From: Candidatus Zixiibacteriota bacterium | Lineage (GTDB): Bacteria > RBG-13-66-14 > B26-G2 > WVWN01 | DNA: 64,000 bases | Direction of reading: 5' to 3' | Assembly: GCA_050117845.1 (NCBI GenBank) | Contig: JASFLY010000007.1 | Coordinates: 1-64,000 of the forward strand | In this document: piece after piece, positions 62,921 to 64,000 of the stretch | How the letters are laid out: the number at the start of each line of letters is the position of its first letter | Position numbering within the stretch: the first letter of the stretch is position 1 | Program-made: the position numbers and the translations under genes | Notes under the pieces: generated by a model | Seen by the model: the letters and a program-made list of their open reading frames with translations, nothing else | The model's database searches: none | What the model was told of the DNA's origin: nothing

Positions 62921-63843
62921 GGCGTCCCTCCCGCCCCCGGCGCGTCGCCGTAGAAAAACTCGTGAAGGGAGGCGACGCCTTTAGCGAGGCGGGGGCCCGC
63001 CCGCAGGACCAGGTCCGGATTGGCCTCGTAGATCCGGCCGCTTCGCACCGCCGCCACGCCGCCCCACCCGGTGCGGCCGGCGACGGCCGCCGCCGCCGCG
63101 CCGTGGCACAACAAGATGACCTCCGGGTTCCGGGCTATTACGGCCTCCGGTTCGATGCGGGAATAGGGCCGCGGGAGGCCGGTCCCGACGTTAACGCCGC
63201 CGGCGAGTTCGATCGCCTCATGCACGTAGGACCCCTCCGACACCGTCATAAGAGGTTCGGGGCATATCTCGAGGTAGACGCGGGGCCTCTCGGCTTCGGG
63301 AACCGCCGCGACGGCGGATCTCACTTTTTCCAGTTCGGCCTCGAACGCCGCGGCGGCCACGGCCGCCTCTTCGTCATGACCAACTATCCCGCCGACCGCC
63401 AGGATATTCCGCCTCACGCCGTCTATACCCGGCGCCATGAACGCCACGACAGGAACGCCCAACGGCTCCAGCTGTTCTATCATCCGCTCCTGCTCGTGGC
63501 CGGTCGTGATTATAAGGTCGGGATCGAGCGCGACGACGCGCTCCACCGAGACGGTGGAGAAATCGCCCACGGTGGGGAGTTCCGCCGTGGCCGGCGGCCA
63601 ATCGCAGCCGCGCACGACGCCGACGACGAGGTCCCCCGCCCCGACGGCGAATAGGATTTCCGTTATCTCCGGCGACGTGCAGACGATGCGCCGGGGCTCG
63701 GCGGGAACGACGACCGTGCGGCCCAGGTCGTCGGTGAAAGGCCGGCCGTCGGCGACGACGGGCCGGGGAGCCGGCTTGCCGCAAGACGCCGCAATTAGCG
63801 CCGCCGCCAGGACGGATATAACGCATTTATTAATATTAGGCAT
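62917..63843 (-). CDS. btuF: Cobalamin-binding periplasmic lipoprotein
   Basis: Lipobox AASC, DDLGR.V.....RIV..SP..TEILFA.G, terminal R.GPR. Confidence 0.88.
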   Translation of the reverse strand: MPNINKCVISVLAAALIAASCGKPAPRPVVADGRPFTDDLGRTVVVPAEPRRIVCTSPEITEILFAVGAGDLVVGVVRGCDWPPATAELPTVGDFSTVSVERVVALDPDLIITTGHEQERMIEQLEPLGVPVVAFMAPGIDGVRRNILAVGGIVGHDEEAAVAAAAFEAELEKVRSAVAAVPEAERPRVYLEICPEPLMTVSEGSYVHEAIELAGGVNVGTGLPRPYSRIEPEAVIARNPEVILLCHGAAAAAVAGRTGWGGVAAVRSGRIYEANPDLVLRAGPRLAKGVASLHEFFYGDAPGAGGTP

Positions 63844-63868
63844 AAAAAAAACCGGCCCGACGGCCGGT
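63844..63868 (-). terminator. Riboswitch-controlled intrinsic terminator directly upstream of btuF
   Basis: mRNA ACCGGCC-GUCG-GGCCGGU-U7-AUG. Confidence 0.8.
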
Positions 63869-63944
63869 GCGAAAGTAGTCCTCGCCTTGTCGCCCTACCC
63901 GTCGTAGAGAGTTATCCGGCAATCGCCGGAGACAAGCGGTTCGG

Positions 63945-64000
63945 AGAGAAGTATCCTGACTTGCGGGTCATCCTACTCATCGGCGCCTTCCCGGTTTCCC
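63945..64000 (-). ncRNA. Cobalamin riboswitch, 3' part (5' part outside the window)
   Basis: Minus strand GGGAAACCGGGAAGGCG...GAUGACCCGCAAGUCAGGAUAC matches the conserved GGGAAG and B12-box segments; upstream of a btu operon. Confidence 0.85.

Overview
GC-rich bacterial chromosomal window. It is probably from a diderm organism, given the TonB-dependent receptor, lipoproteins and alpha-2-macroglobulin; the lineage is not determined. Genes are mostly on the minus strand. Contents: uvrA, a creatininase-family gene, a bacterial alpha-2-macroglobulin, a nucleotidyltransferase, rdgB, DUF1385-prfA-prmC, system II cytochrome c maturation genes (ResB/CcsA), a polyprenyl synthase, a complete F1Fo ATP synthase operon interrupted by four foreign genes, an APC permease-USP fusion, uvrC, glycan-modifying genes, a split transketolase, pckA, four tandem GT-C-like membrane glycosyltransferase paralogs, and a btuFCDB operon under a cobalamin riboswitch. 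The top finding is a candidate new selenoprotein at 31777..32529 (-). The called 178-aa ORF stops at TGA in a C-P-G-(TGA) context. The frame continues for 71 more protein-like codons, a bacterial SECIS-like hairpin directly follows the UGA, and the extension ends in a C-terminal motif (VVPTSFGSVKALYH) also seen in another secreted protein here (VEPTSLGNIKAIYQ). This predicts a secreted beta-helix protein with a CxxU motif. Other highlights: atpC probably starts at AUA and lacks its C-terminal inhibitory domain, subunit c is Ala-rich and carries a signal-like leader, and there is a candidate attenuator upstream of DUF1385-prfA-prmC. No CRISPR array, rRNA, complete tRNA or mobile element was seen.
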